Part shown: positions 28,986-39,204 of the stretch, piece by piece | How the letters are laid out: the number at the start of each line of letters is the position of its first letter | How positions within the stretch are numbered: position 1 is the first letter of the stretch | From: an uncultured bacterium | Lineage (GTDB): Bacteria; Krumholzibacteriota; Krumholzibacteriia; LZORAL124-64-63 | Assembly (NCBI GenBank): GCA_963732385.1 | Contig: CAVSZB010000003.1 | Coordinates: 320,001 to 384,000 of the forward strand | DNA: 64,000 nucleotides | Direction of reading: 5' to 3' | The notes under the pieces: generated by a model | What the model saw: the letters and a program-made list of their open reading frames with translations, nothing else | What the model was told of the DNA's origin: nothing | Database searches by the model: none | Program-made: the position numbers and the translations under genes

Positions 28986-31004
28986 ATGACCGAATTCGAG
29001 ATCGAACAGCTCCGTCGCCTGCCGCAACGCGAGAGTGACACCTGGCAGGGGGGGTGGTGCCGTTACCCGTTCCGTCTTGCGATCGCCGGAGAGGACGGCA
29101 GCAGCTTCCGGCTCGCTTTCTGGGCCAGTATCGAGAGCGGCCTGGTCAACCGGGCGTCGGAGCCGGTCTGGGTCGGGGAGACCACGCCGGCGCGTCTTTT
29201 CAGCGCGCTGGTCCGCTACGCGATCGACCGCCGCGTGGCCGGTCATCGCCCCGGCCGCGTGCAGGTGGCAGATCGGGAGCTGGCCGACGCCCTGGGCCCG
29301 CCGCTCGGCCGCGCCGGCATCGTGGTGGAACTGGTGCCGGGCCCCGCTGAACGGCTGCCGGCGCTGGCGCCGGTGCTGGCCGCCATGCGCGAGGAGTTCG
29401 CGGATCGCTGTACCGGCGCCGCCATGACCGATGTCCCCGGTGTGACGGTCGGGCGGATGCGCGCGTTCTCCGAGGCGGCGCGCGAATTTTTCCTCGCGCG
29501 TCCGTGGGAGCGGCTCGACGGCGACACCGACCCCATCCGCATCGTGACCCCTGAGCCCGATCCGACGCGCGGCGTCGTGACGGTCATGGGGTCGGCCGGC
29601 GAAACGTTCGGGCTCGGCTTCTTCGCGTCGCTGGAGCAGTTCCGGCGGATGGTGACCGCCGCAGCGGCCGATGACGAAGACGAGAGCGAGGATCTCGCGA
29701 CCTCGGCGGAGCGCTGGTCGGTCGCGTTCGGCGATTTCGAGGACCTGCCGTACGAGGACGGCGACACCTGGCGGCAGCACGACCTCCCGGTAGCCGGCGA
29801 GGAGGCCTGGCCGCTGCTGCTTCACTTTCGCCCGCCGTACGAGTTTCTCGCGCCCGGTCCCGCCGATCTCTCGTTCATGGAGGCGATCCTGCGCGCCGTG
29901 GCGCAGGCCACGGAGGAACAGCTCGACAGCGGCCGCTGGAGCCTCACCGTGCCGACCTTCGACGGCCCGGTCGTCGTCGAACTGGAGCTGCCGGAACTGC
30001 TCGCTCCGCCCGACCGTCGCGAAATGATCGCGCGGGGATGGGAGCCGGACCGCCGCGCCTTCGAGCGGCTCCAGCTGATCATCGACCGGGAGATGGCCGA
30101 GAACCGGCCGCGGAACATCGATGAGGCGAACGCCCTCCTGGCCCGCAAGCTCGGACCTGGTCCGATCCCCGACCTCCCGTTCGAGCCGCGCGACGACTGG
30201 GAGCGCGCCCAGGAGTTGTGCTACCAGGCGTTCGATTCGCAGGGCCGCCGCCGGGTCGCCCTTGCCCGCCGCGCGCTCGCCGTCTGCCCCAACTGCGCCG
30301 ACGCGTACGTCCTTTTGGCCGAGAACGCCATGACGTCCGTGCAGGCGCACGCCCTGTATGAAGCCGGTGTCGCTGCCGGCCCCCGCCACCTGAGCGCGGA
30401 TTTCCTGGCCCGCTTCGACGGCAATCTGTGGTCCAACCCCCGCGGCCGTCCCTGGCTGCGCGCGCTAAACGGCCGGGCAAGGACCCTGAGCGAACTCGGC
30501 CGCAAGGACGAGGCGATCGCCGTCGGCGATGAACTCCTGCGCCTCGACCGCGAAGACCACCAGGGCATTCGCGAACCGCAGCTGATCCTGCTGCTCGACG
30601 CCGGCCGCGACGCCGACGCCGAGACCCTGCTCGCCCGCTTTGCCGACAATGTTACCGACCACGACGGCGGCTTCTGGTTCTGGGCCACCGCCCTGATCGC
30701 CTTCCGCCTGCGTGGTGACACCCCCGAATCTTCCGCCGCTCTCGCCAGGGCCCGCGCCACCAACCGCCACGTCCCCCGCTTCCTCAAGGAGCCCGAGCCG
30801 ATCCGCCTGGACGAAGAGGAGAATCTGCGCCCCGGCCAGCTCGGCGCCGCCCAGATCGTGGCGGGAATGCTGCACCGGTTCTGGAGGCAGACCCCTGGCG
30901 CGCTCGAGTGGGCTCTGGCCAGGAAGGCGAAGCCGGTCCGCCCCACCGGTGGGGGCGGGAAGGTAGGTCCCAGGGGACGGGGGAAGACGCGGGGCAGGGG
31001 ATAG
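28986..31004 (+). CDS. Hypothetical protein with C-terminal TPR/ST7-like region
   Basis: N-terminal LRRLPQ...WQGG; AQELCYQAF...ALARRAL...DAYVLLAE; RPWLRA...LLRLD.EDHQGIR. Confidence 0.75.
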   Translation: MTEFEIEQLRRLPQRESDTWQGGWCRYPFRLAIAGEDGSSFRLAFWASIESGLVNRASEPVWVGETTPARLFSALVRYAIDRRVAGHRPGRVQVADRELADALGPPLGRAGIVVELVPGPAERLPALAPVLAAMREEFADRCTGAAMTDVPGVTVGRMRAFSEAAREFFLARPWERLDGDTDPIRIVTPEPDPTRGVVTVMGSAGETFGLGFFASLEQFRRMVTAAAADDEDESEDLATSAERWSVAFGDFEDLPYEDGDTWRQHDLPVAGEEAWPLLLHFRPPYEFLAPGPADLSFMEAILRAVAQATEEQLDSGRWSLTVPTFDGPVVVELELPELLAPPDRREMIARGWEPDRRAFERLQLIIDREMAENRPRNIDEANALLARKLGPGPIPDLPFEPRDDWERAQELCYQAFDSQGRRRVALARRALAVCPNCADAYVLLAENAMTSVQAHALYEAGVAAGPRHLSADFLARFDGNLWSNPRGRPWLRALNGRARTLSELGRKDEAIAVGDELLRLDREDHQGIREPQLILLLDAGRDADAETLLARFADNVTDHDGGFWFWATALIAFRLRGDTPESSAALARARATNRHVPRFLKEPEPIRLDEEENLRPGQLGAAQIVAGMLHRFWRQTPGALEWALARKAKPVRPTGGGGKVGPRGRGKTRGRG

Positions 31005-31035
31005 CGGGGGGGTTTGCCAAGCGTTCCCCCACTTC

Positions 31036-31089
31036 TTGACGCCCCTCTCCCGCCCACCTACCGTTGCCCGTTCTGAGATTTTCGTCTCA
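31036..31089 (+). promoter_or_regulatory. Promoter TTGACG-17-TACCGT followed by inverted repeat TGAGA-N6-TCTCA
   Basis: -35 at 31036-31041, -10 at 31059-31064, palindrome at 31074-31089. Confidence 0.55.
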
Positions 31090-31105
31090 TAATCACGGAG
31101 AGAAC

Positions 31106-32473
31106 ATGTCCTGCATGAACATGCGCGCAGGGCCGCGGCTGGCGGCGGTCGTGGCCGCGATGGCAATCGGTCTGGCAGGGGCATCGATCACGGGCGCGGC
31201 CGGGTCGACCGGCGCACCCGCCGAAACCGTCATGCCGAAATTCGGCGGCGAACTGCGGCTGCGCGGGGAGTCGTTCGACAATATCCTCGACTTGTCCGAT
31301 ACGGGCGACGATTCCTACCAGTATTGGCGGCTGCGCTATCGCTTCTGGGCCGACGCCACGCCGCGCGAGGGGCTGCGGCTCTACTTCCGGTTCGGCAACG
31401 AGTACCGGATGGGGGTCTACTCGGGGGCGTCGAGCATACGGGATGCGGAGAGCCGGGTCAGCCTGGACAACGGGTGGGCCGAACTGAGCGATCCGGCGCA
31501 CAGGCTATCGCTGCGGTTCGGGCGGATGGACCTCGTGTTTGGCGAGGGGCTGCTCATTTGCGATGGCACGCCGGCGGACGGATCGGGTTCCGCGTACTTC
31601 GATGCCATCCGCGGTACCTGGAAGCGGGGCGACCTCGCGCTCGACCTGTTCACCGCGAAGCTGGCCGATGAGGGGCTCGGCGCCGCGACGCGCGACGAGG
31701 ATCTGTACGGCCTGCACGCGCAGCGGCACGACGTCGCGGCGTACGTCCTGCACCGCTTCAAGCGGGGGGCGACCGTGTTCCAGGACGGCAAGCCGTGGGC
31801 AGTGCCGTCACCGCGGCAGCGGACCACCGCGCTCGGGGCGCGGTGGGCGCATCTGCCGGGCGCGGGGTGGCGCGCGGCGGTGGAGGGGGCGTACCAGGCC
31901 GGGCGGTTCGAGGACGACCTCCTGGCGGCGCCGGGCGACGAGGGGAACGCGCGCCGGGCGTTCGGCGGTTACGCGCGCGCCGGCTGGGCCGCAGACTGCT
32001 GCTGGCGACAGGCGTTCGAGGCGGGCGGGCTCTACCTGTCGGGCGACGATCCCGGCACGGCGCGCTACGAGGGGTGGGACGATTTCTACGGCGAATGGCC
32101 GAAGTGGTCGGAGCTGCTCATCTACACGTTCCTCGATTGCGCCACGCGCGTGGGGGGCGATCCGGCGCGACCTGACGACGCCGGCGTCTGGAATAACCTG
32201 ACGGCATACTGGGCGGAGGTGCGGGCCGATCTGGCGCCGCAGTTGAGGGTGACCTTGCGCGGGACCGTGCTCGGGGCGCCCGAGGCGACCGGGCCGGGCG
32301 GCGGGCACGACCGCGGCACGCTGCTGTCTTTGCGTGCCGACTGTACGCGGTGGCGTGGCGTGGCGCTGCAGGCGCTCGGTGAGTTGTTCAATCCGGGCGA
32401 CTACTACAGCGGCCGGGGCGACTACGGCGACCACGCCTGGTATTCGCGTTTCCAGATCGTCACCACCTTCTGA
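31106..32473 (+). CDS. Alginate-export (AlgE-like) family outer membrane porin
   Basis: GGELRLRGE, RLRYRFW, FGRMDL.FG.G, FDAIR, EGAYQ.G, LSGDDP; terminal Phe. Confidence 0.75.
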   Translation: MSCMNMRAGPRLAAVVAAMAIGLAGASITGAAGSTGAPAETVMPKFGGELRLRGESFDNILDLSDTGDDSYQYWRLRYRFWADATPREGLRLYFRFGNEYRMGVYSGASSIRDAESRVSLDNGWAELSDPAHRLSLRFGRMDLVFGEGLLICDGTPADGSGSAYFDAIRGTWKRGDLALDLFTAKLADEGLGAATRDEDLYGLHAQRHDVAAYVLHRFKRGATVFQDGKPWAVPSPRQRTTALGARWAHLPGAGWRAAVEGAYQAGRFEDDLLAAPGDEGNARRAFGGYARAGWAADCCWRQAFEAGGLYLSGDDPGTARYEGWDDFYGEWPKWSELLIYTFLDCATRVGGDPARPDDAGVWNNLTAYWAEVRADLAPQLRVTLRGTVLGAPEATGPGGGHDRGTLLSLRADCTRWRGVALQALGELFNPGDYYSGRGDYGDHAWYSRFQIVTTF

Positions 32474-32484
32474 GCGGGAGGCCC

Positions 32485-34092
32485 ATGGAAGCGCTCGGCG
32501 TTCTGCTGGCTGTCAGTCCGGTCATCGTGATCTTCCTGCTCCTGCTGCTGCGGCGCACGCCGGCCGATGTGGCGGGGGCGATCGGCTGGATGGTGACGGC
32601 GGCGGTGGCGCTGCTGTGGTTCCACACCGCACCGGCGGTCGTGGCGAGGGCGTCGCTGGCGGGGGTCGTGGCGTCGTTCCCGATCAGCCTGATGGTCGGC
32701 GCGAGCCTGTTCCAGATGACGTTCATGCTCGAGACCGGGGCGGTGGAGCGGGTCGTCATCGCGATGCGGTCGGTGTCGCCACGCGACCGGATCGTACAGA
32801 TCCTGATGATCAACGTCGGGTTCGGCACCGTGGTGACGGCGTTGGGGGCGACACCGGTGTCGATCCTGCCGCCGATCATGATCGCGCTCGGATACTCGAG
32901 TTTCGTGGCGATCGCGCTGCCGGCGATCGGGTACGACAGCCTCTGCACCTACGCGCTGCTGGCGATCCCCGCGGTCGTCTTCACCGACGTGCTCGCGCCG
33001 CTGGCGCGCGAAGCGGGCCTCACGTTGACGCTGCGCGACGCCGGCCTGCTGTTCGCCCGCTTCATCCCGCTGGTCACGACCTGCATCGCCCTGGGAATGT
33101 TCTGGATCGTGGGGCGGTGGCGGCTGTTGCTGCGCGGGCTGCCGTGGGCGCTGCTCGTCGGCGTGACGGCGGGGCTTTGTTGCTGGGGGATGGCGCTCGT
33201 CGATCTCGTGCCGCTGACCGGGGTGGTGGCAGGGTCGGCTATCATCGCGGTGCTGGCGCTGGCGCTGCGGGCGCGGCGGCTGCCGGTGTTCGACGAGGGG
33301 GAGCTCACGCCGCGCGAGTGCGAGGTGAAGTCCGGCATGGGGCTCGTACGGGCCGTGAGCCCGTGGCTGTTGCTGCTGCTCTTCGCCGTGCTGGTCAACC
33401 TGAAGGCGCTGCCGTTCTTCGATCTGCTGTTCCGCAAGCTGCCGCTGGCGGTGCCGCTGGTGCCGGGGAGGCCCACGCTGACGCGCGCGCTGTGGCAGGC
33501 CTACACCTGGGTGCTGACGGCGACGCTCGTGTCGTCGATCTGGCTCCGCCCGACCGGCGTGCAGTGGCGCGCGATCCTGACCCGCACGCGCCGGCGCGCA
33601 CCGCGTCCGGTTCTCGCGGCCGCGCTCTTCTTCGCCATCGCCTACGTGATCGATCATTCGGGCAAGGTGGTGCAGGCCGGCGCCGCCGGCGCGACCTGGG
33701 TGCTGCCCGATCCTGACCGCAACATGGTGCGGGTGCTGGCCGCGGCGGCGGCGCAGGGATTCGGCCCGCTCTACGGGCTGGTGGCGCCATACCTCGGGCT
33801 GCTGGCCGGGTTCATCTCCGGCTCGGAAACGAGCGCCATCGCCATGCTCAGCCGTTTCCACATGGAGACGGCCGCCGCGCTCGGGCGGCCCGCGTCGCTC
33901 GGGCTGTTGCTCGCGGCGGCAAGCGCGGTGGGCGGCGGTCTGGCGTCGGTGATTTCGCCGGCGAAGCTGCAGAACGCCGCCGCGATCATCGACCGCATCG
34001 GCGAGGAGGGGAAGGTGCTGCGCACCACGACCGTTATCAGCCTCGTCATCACCCTGCTGACGGCGGTGGCGACGCTGCTCTGGGTCCGCTAG
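32485..34092 (+). CDS. L-lactate permease (LctP) family transporter
   Basis: Many TM segments, ALGATP, PYLGLLAGFISGSETSA, GGGLASVISPAKL. Confidence 0.85.
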   Translation: MEALGVLLAVSPVIVIFLLLLLRRTPADVAGAIGWMVTAAVALLWFHTAPAVVARASLAGVVASFPISLMVGASLFQMTFMLETGAVERVVIAMRSVSPRDRIVQILMINVGFGTVVTALGATPVSILPPIMIALGYSSFVAIALPAIGYDSLCTYALLAIPAVVFTDVLAPLAREAGLTLTLRDAGLLFARFIPLVTTCIALGMFWIVGRWRLLLRGLPWALLVGVTAGLCCWGMALVDLVPLTGVVAGSAIIAVLALALRARRLPVFDEGELTPRECEVKSGMGLVRAVSPWLLLLLFAVLVNLKALPFFDLLFRKLPLAVPLVPGRPTLTRALWQAYTWVLTATLVSSIWLRPTGVQWRAILTRTRRRAPRPVLAAALFFAIAYVIDHSGKVVQAGAAGATWVLPDPDRNMVRVLAAAAAQGFGPLYGLVAPYLGLLAGFISGSETSAIAMLSRFHMETAAALGRPASLGLLLAAASAVGGGLASVISPAKLQNAAAIIDRIGEEGKVLRTTTVISLVITLLTAVATLLWVR

Positions 34093-34150
34093 GCGCGCGC
34101 GACCGCCCGGCCGGCGCCGGTTCCGCCTCCACACAGCGGCTGATCCCCTC

Positions 34151-35521
34151 CTACTGCAGGGGCGTTCGCATGATCAGGAAATCGCGCCGAGGTTGGGCTG
34201 GTCGCAGGCGGCCGCCCGGACCGAAGCGGTTCAACTCGCTGTTGGCGACGAACAGGCAGTCGCCGCCGTCGATCGTGGCGGTGGTCGGCTCGTCGAAGCC
34301 GGGCAGGTGTGCGGCGAGCACCGTCATCCCCACGACCCGAAGCCCGGTGTCATCGAGGTAGAGGCGCGCCAGGCGGTCGAGGCCGCGGTCGTTCTGCACC
34401 ACGATCAGGCTGCCCTGGTTACAGAGCAGGCCGTCGGCATAGCAGATAGCGATCTCCTCGGGGTGCTGCAGCCGTGCGATGTCTCCGGTCTGCAGGTCGA
34501 TCACCGCGATTCCGAGCGCATACTCCGTGACATAGAGAAGCCGGCCGTCGTCCGAGAGTGCGATTCCGTTCGAGCCGACAAGCAATCCCGGTCCGACGAC
34601 GGTCTCGAGCCGGTTGGAGTCCGCACGCAGGAGGTACACGCCGCCCTGCATGGTGTCGGTGACGTAGACGTCGCCGTCGCGGTTCAGGCAGCAGTCGTTG
34701 AAGAAGTGGGAGCGGGTCGTGTCGGGCAGCATGACGCGCGTCACGGTGCGGCCGCTCTCGAGGTCGAAGGCGTAGAGGCCGGTGCGGGCGCTGTCGGCCG
34801 GCGTGCCGCCGCGCATCTGGACGCTCGCGCCGCTGCAGGCCCACAGCAGGCGGTGGTCGGCGTCCACCTTGAGCCCGGCCACGCTGTCGAGCCCGTCGCG
34901 CCCGGACGGCACGAAGTCGCTCACGGCGGCGTTTGCCGACACCCGCACGATCTTCCGCAGGTGAATGCTGCCGACGAACAGGTCCCCGTTGACCGGGTCG
35001 GCCGCGATCCCCTCCGGCATGAAGTCGGGCTCGTCGATGCGAGCCGCCGTCTCCGCCACCCCTTTGGGCTCGGCGTGCAGGGCGATGAGCCCGGCGGCCG
35101 CGGTCCATGCCGGCGTGCCGCGCACCGCCGCGAGGTCTGGCTCGCCCGACAGGTCGATCCGCACGCCGGTGGTGGCGGTGCGCAGCAGCCAGTCGCCGGC
35201 CCGCAGCGTGTCGCCGTCGAGAGCGCAGGCGCGCGCCATGTGCAGCATCAGTATGGGGTGGCCCGGCTCGAGATCGAGCGCGCGGGCGATCCGTTCGCGG
35301 TACACGCCGAAGACCCCGACCTGGCGCGCGGCCACGGCGGCGCGGTAAGCGTCGAGCACGCGGAAGGAGAGGGGGCCGACGTCTGCGGGCGCGACTTCGG
35401 CCGGAGATGCCGCTGTTTCCTGGGCGGCGACCGGCGGGGCCGGCATCATCGCGAGAGCGAAGGCGAGAGCGGTGACGAAAGACGTGGTCAGCCGCCTGGC
35501 CGAGCCCGGGATCCTGCGCAT
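34151..35521 (-). CDS. Secreted SMP-30/gluconolactonase-like beta-propeller protein with N-terminal TPR-like region
   Basis: Signal peptide; PEGIA.D, GLKVD....LW, FFND, VYVTD, NGIALS.DG..LYV, DGL, DEPTT. Confidence 0.8.
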   Translation of the reverse strand: MRRIPGSARRLTTSFVTALAFALAMMPAPPVAAQETAASPAEVAPADVGPLSFRVLDAYRAAVAARQVGVFGVYRERIARALDLEPGHPILMLHMARACALDGDTLRAGDWLLRTATTGVRIDLSGEPDLAAVRGTPAWTAAAGLIALHAEPKGVAETAARIDEPDFMPEGIAADPVNGDLFVGSIHLRKIVRVSANAAVSDFVPSGRDGLDSVAGLKVDADHRLLWACSGASVQMRGGTPADSARTGLYAFDLESGRTVTRVMLPDTTRSHFFNDCCLNRDGDVYVTDTMQGGVYLLRADSNRLETVVGPGLLVGSNGIALSDDGRLLYVTEYALGIAVIDLQTGDIARLQHPEEIAICYADGLLCNQGSLIVVQNDRGLDRLARLYLDDTGLRVVGMTVLAAHLPGFDEPTTATIDGGDCLFVANSELNRFGPGGRLRPAQPRRDFLIMRTPLQ

Positions 35522-35556
35522 GTCATCTCCTCCGGTGGCGCGCGGCGCGCGCCGCG

Positions 35557-38500
35557 TCAGCCTGGCGAAGCGGGTGTCATCGGCACCAGGAGGCCCTGGT
35601 GGCCTGCCTCGTCCCGCGCGTGCGTGAACAGCAGCGAGGTCGCGACCTCGCTGCCCGGAAACAGTTCGGCGACCGCGGCGCGATAAGCGGCGAGCTGCGG
35701 CGCATAGTGTGTGGCGAGGCGCCCGATCTCCGCCGCGATCCGCGCGGCGTCCCCCTCCAGCCGGTTCGACTTGTAGTCGATGATGTCCATGCGGTTCCCA
35801 CGCCGGACGAGCCGGTCGATCGCGCCGAAGACGCGTCGCGGAGCGCCGCCGGCCGTTGCCGGCGGGAGTTCGTGGATCACGCCCGTCTCGCTCCAGCCGC
35901 GCGCACCCATCGCTTCCGGATGGAAGATCCAGGCGAAGGCAGGATTCGCGGCGACTGCGCGCGCCTCGGCAAGGGGATCGGCGGAAGAGGCGACCGGAAG
36001 GGTGGCGTCGTCCGCTGGCAGGCCGCCCGGCTCGGTCGCCATCCGCAGCCAGAGGTGGATGGCGGTGCCGCGAACCGCGGCGGCGGCGGCATCGGGCGCG
36101 AAGCCGTCTTTGCCGGGGGCATCGAGCAGGGCGTCGAGGAGAGTGTCGGCGCGGGCGGACGGGCCCGCGTCGGGCGAGGTGTCCGAGCCCGACGCGGCGA
36201 GCGCGGAGGGGTTCTGCAGTTCGATGCGCGCGACGAGGGGCGGCGGAGTCCAGGCCCGGATGTCGTTCGCGACTGCCGCCGTGGTTGCGTCCGACGCCCT
36301 CCCGACAAGGGGCGGTGAATCGGCGAGCCATTCGGGACGCCCGAACCGCGCGGGCAACGGGCCGGCCTCCGCGTCGACCGCGTTCGCCGCCTCCTGCAGC
36401 CAGGTGAAGTAATCGGGACGGGAACTCTTGTTCGCGCCGCGCGAGCCGAGCACGTAGAGCCGGTCGCGCGCGCGGGTCATGGCCACGTAGAGGATGTCCG
36501 CGTCCTCGTTCTCGGTCGCGCGCTCGGCCGCCTCGAGCGCGGCCTTGAGGGCGCCGGGGCGGATCGGTGGTTCGCCGGGCGGCAGTTCCGGGCCGTCGCG
36601 CAGCGGTTTCGTGAGACCGTAGAGGATCGGGCTTGTGGAGTCGCCGGGAGCGAGCGGGACCCGCGTCTCGCCGCGTCGCAGGGGCCTGGCCGCGTCCACG
36701 AACAGCACGGCCGGCGCCTCCAGTCCCTTCGCGGCGTGGACCGTCATGACGCGCACGCGCCCGTTGCCCTGCTCGGGGACGGTCGCCTCCTCCTCGCCGG
36801 ACGTTTCGGCCGCGCGCGCGATCAGATCGGCGAAGCGGCGCAGCGACGGGTGCGGGCCGAGGTCGAGCGCCAGCGCCAGGTCATGCAGGCGCAGCAGATT
36901 CCAGCGTGCCTGCTCGCCGAGCGCCGCGGCGTAGCGCTCGGGCGCATCGGCGTCGCGGAAGATGCGTCGAAGCAGGTCGTGGCATCCCTCCACGCCGGCG
37001 CGACGACGCCACTCGGTGAGTGTGTCCCGCGCCTCCTCCAGCCCGAGGCGATCGGCGCGCGTGCGCAGGACGATCCAGAGCGAGCGCCGGTAGCGGCGCC
37101 CGCCGCGCCGGCCGTGGCGCAACGCGAGCGCCCGCTGCAATTGGGCCTCGGAGACGCGGAACAGCGGCGAACGCAGGGCCGACGCAAGGGCGGGATCGTC
37201 GTCGGGAAACGCGAGCCAGCGCAGCAACAGCAAAATGTCCTGCACCTCGCGGCTGCGGGCGAGCGAGCCGCGACCCGAGGGGACGATCGGCACGCCGACC
37301 CGGCGCAGCGCCTCTTCGTAGGCGCCGATGTGCGTCCGGGAGCGGCAGAGCAACAGGATGTCGCCCCAGATCAGCGGCCGGGGCTGCCCGGTTTCCCTGT
37401 CTGTTGTCGAGGCTTCGGCGCGCAGGCGCAGCACGATGCGCGCCGCCGCTTGCGCAGCCTGGTCGACGGGGCCGGCGCTGTCGTCGTCGCCTTCGCTCTC
37501 GAACGGCGGAATGACAAGAACCTCGTCCGCCGGGCCCGCCGCGCGGTTTGGGTATTGCCTGGCATGAGCCGCCTCGCCTGGCGGGAGCAGATCGATGAGC
37601 GGCGGCGCGGTAAAGAGGCGCCCCACGGTATTTACGATAGCCGGCACGCTGCGGAAATTGGTCGGCAGGCTCTCGATCCGCACGCCGGACGCCTCGCCGT
37701 TCGTTTCCATTCGCCGTGCGACATCGGCGAACAGGCCCGGATCCGCGCCCCGGAAGCGGTAGATAGACTGTTTCACGTCACCGACCACGAACACGGTGGG
37801 GGGCGTGTCGTGGGCCCCTTCGCCGGCGAGGAACTCCTCCGCGATGGGGCGCAGCACGTCCCACTGGTTGTGGTTCGTGTCCTGGAATTCATCAACCAGC
37901 AGGTGCTCCGTCACCGCGTCGAGCCGGTACTGGATCCATTCCTTCTGTGCGCTACGCGTAACGAGGTGACGGGCGAGACGCTCGAGGTCGTGAAAGTCGA
38001 TGACGCGGTCGCGCTGCTTCAACCGTTCGTAGATGTCGAGCGCGCCGAGTCCGAACCGGAGCAGCAGTTCGTTGCGCCGACAGAGGGCGAACAGGTCGTT
38101 GAGGGTCAGCACCTCGAGAAGGGGGCGCGCCGCGGACACGTAGACGGCGTCCCGCTCCTCCTTGCCGGCTTTGCCGCCCTTGAGGGCGCGCAGCTTCCCG
38201 CCCTGCGTCAGCAGGAGTCGCCGCAGGTCGGCCGCCGCCGCCGCGCGCGCTTCGTCGTCGTCTGCGGCGGCGGCGGCGAAGGCGTGGGCGTGTACCGGAG
38301 CGTTCGCGAAACCGTCGAGTTGCGTCCGCGCGGATGGTGTGACCGCCTGCGGCGCCAGCGTGGCGAGAGGGCCGCAAGCCGCTTCTGCCAAACGCTTCGC
38401 CGCGGCGATCAGCGCCGGCGCGAGGTCCGCCGGCCGCGGATCGGCGCATCCCTCGATCGGCGTGCCCCGGAAGAGAGTCTGCTGCAGGTCCTCCACCATC

Positions 38501-39204
38501 GCGGCGTGGAACGTCCCTCGCTCCGCGTCGAGCGCGGAGACGCCGCGGGCGTCGGCCAGGCGGCCGAGCCAGCGGTCGAGCGCGAGCCGGTCCGTGAAGA
38601 AGCCGGTCAGCGTTTGCCGCACTCCCGGCGGAGACGAGGCGAGGCTCGCCAGTTCGGCGCGTTGTACGGGATCGGACACGGTCTGCGCTTCGAGCCGATC
38701 GAGCGCCTCTTCCCAGAGATCCTCCGGCTTCTCGGCCACCTCGAACGACGGGTCGAGGCCGAGATCGGCGGGGAAGCGTCCGAGCAGGCGCTGGCACCAG
38801 GCGTGGATCGTGCCGATGGGCAGGCCGGGCAGGTCTTCGAGAAAACGGTCGTAGAGCTTCGCCGCCCGGTCCAGTTCGGTCGGTTCCGGCTCGCGCGCCA
38901 GCAGGGCGCGCAACGCGTCGCGCCGCGCCGGCGCTGCCATGACCGCAAAGGCGCGCAGTTCCCTCAGGAGCCGCGCCTTGATCTCGACCGCCGCCTTCTT
39001 CGTGAACGTCACGGCGACGATCGATTTTGGGTCAGCCCCCGCGAGGCAGAGGCGCACGATGCGGCTGACGAGCACGTGGGTCTTGCCGGAACCGGCGCCC
39101 GCGCGCACCGCGGCCGACACCCGGGGGTCGGCAACCTCCCGCTGGATGCGGGTCGCCTCCGCGATCGGATCCTCCGGCAGGCGGCCGGCCGGCGCGGCGC
39201 TCAT
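35557..39204 (-). CDS. addA: AddA ATP-dependent helicase/nuclease (UvrD helicase plus PD-(D/E)xK nuclease)
   Basis: AGAGSGKT, TFTKKAA, VDEFQDT, VGDVKQSIYRFRGA, TVHAAKGLE, YVAMTRA, GAIDRL...IIDYK, QL..Y. Confidence 0.92.
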   Translation of the reverse strand: MSAAPAGRLPEDPIAEATRIQREVADPRVSAAVRAGAGSGKTHVLVSRIVRLCLAGADPKSIVAVTFTKKAAVEIKARLLRELRAFAVMAAPARRDALRALLAREPEPTELDRAAKLYDRFLEDLPGLPIGTIHAWCQRLLGRFPADLGLDPSFEVAEKPEDLWEEALDRLEAQTVSDPVQRAELASLASSPPGVRQTLTGFFTDRLALDRWLGRLADARGVSALDAERGTFHAAMVEDLQQTLFRGTPIEGCADPRPADLAPALIAAAKRLAEAACGPLATLAPQAVTPSARTQLDGFANAPVHAHAFAAAAADDDEARAAAAADLRRLLLTQGGKLRALKGGKAGKEERDAVYVSAARPLLEVLTLNDLFALCRRNELLLRFGLGALDIYERLKQRDRVIDFHDLERLARHLVTRSAQKEWIQYRLDAVTEHLLVDEFQDTNHNQWDVLRPIAEEFLAGEGAHDTPPTVFVVGDVKQSIYRFRGADPGLFADVARRMETNGEASGVRIESLPTNFRSVPAIVNTVGRLFTAPPLIDLLPPGEAAHARQYPNRAAGPADEVLVIPPFESEGDDDSAGPVDQAAQAAARIVLRLRAEASTTDRETGQPRPLIWGDILLLCRSRTHIGAYEEALRRVGVPIVPSGRGSLARSREVQDILLLLRWLAFPDDDPALASALRSPLFRVSEAQLQRALALRHGRRGGRRYRRSLWIVLRTRADRLGLEEARDTLTEWRRRAGVEGCHDLLRRIFRDADAPERYAAALGEQARWNLLRLHDLALALDLGPHPSLRRFADLIARAAETSGEEEATVPEQGNGRVRVMTVHAAKGLEAPAVLFVDAARPLRRGETRVPLAPGDSTSPILYGLTKPLRDGPELPPGEPPIRPGALKAALEAAERATENEDADILYVAMTRARDRLYVLGSRGANKSSRPDYFTWLQEAANAVDAEAGPLPARFGRPEWLADSPPLVGRASDATTAAVANDIRAWTPPPLVARIELQNPSALAASGSDTSPDAGPSARADTLLDALLDAPGKDGFAPDAAAAAVRGTAIHLWLRMATEPGGLPADDATLPVASSADPLAEARAVAANPAFAWIFHPEAMGARGWSETGVIHELPPATAGGAPRRVFGAIDRLVRRGNRMDIIDYKSNRLEGDAARIAAEIGRLATHYAPQLAAYRAAVAELFPGSEVATSLLFTHARDEAGHQGLLVPMTPASPG

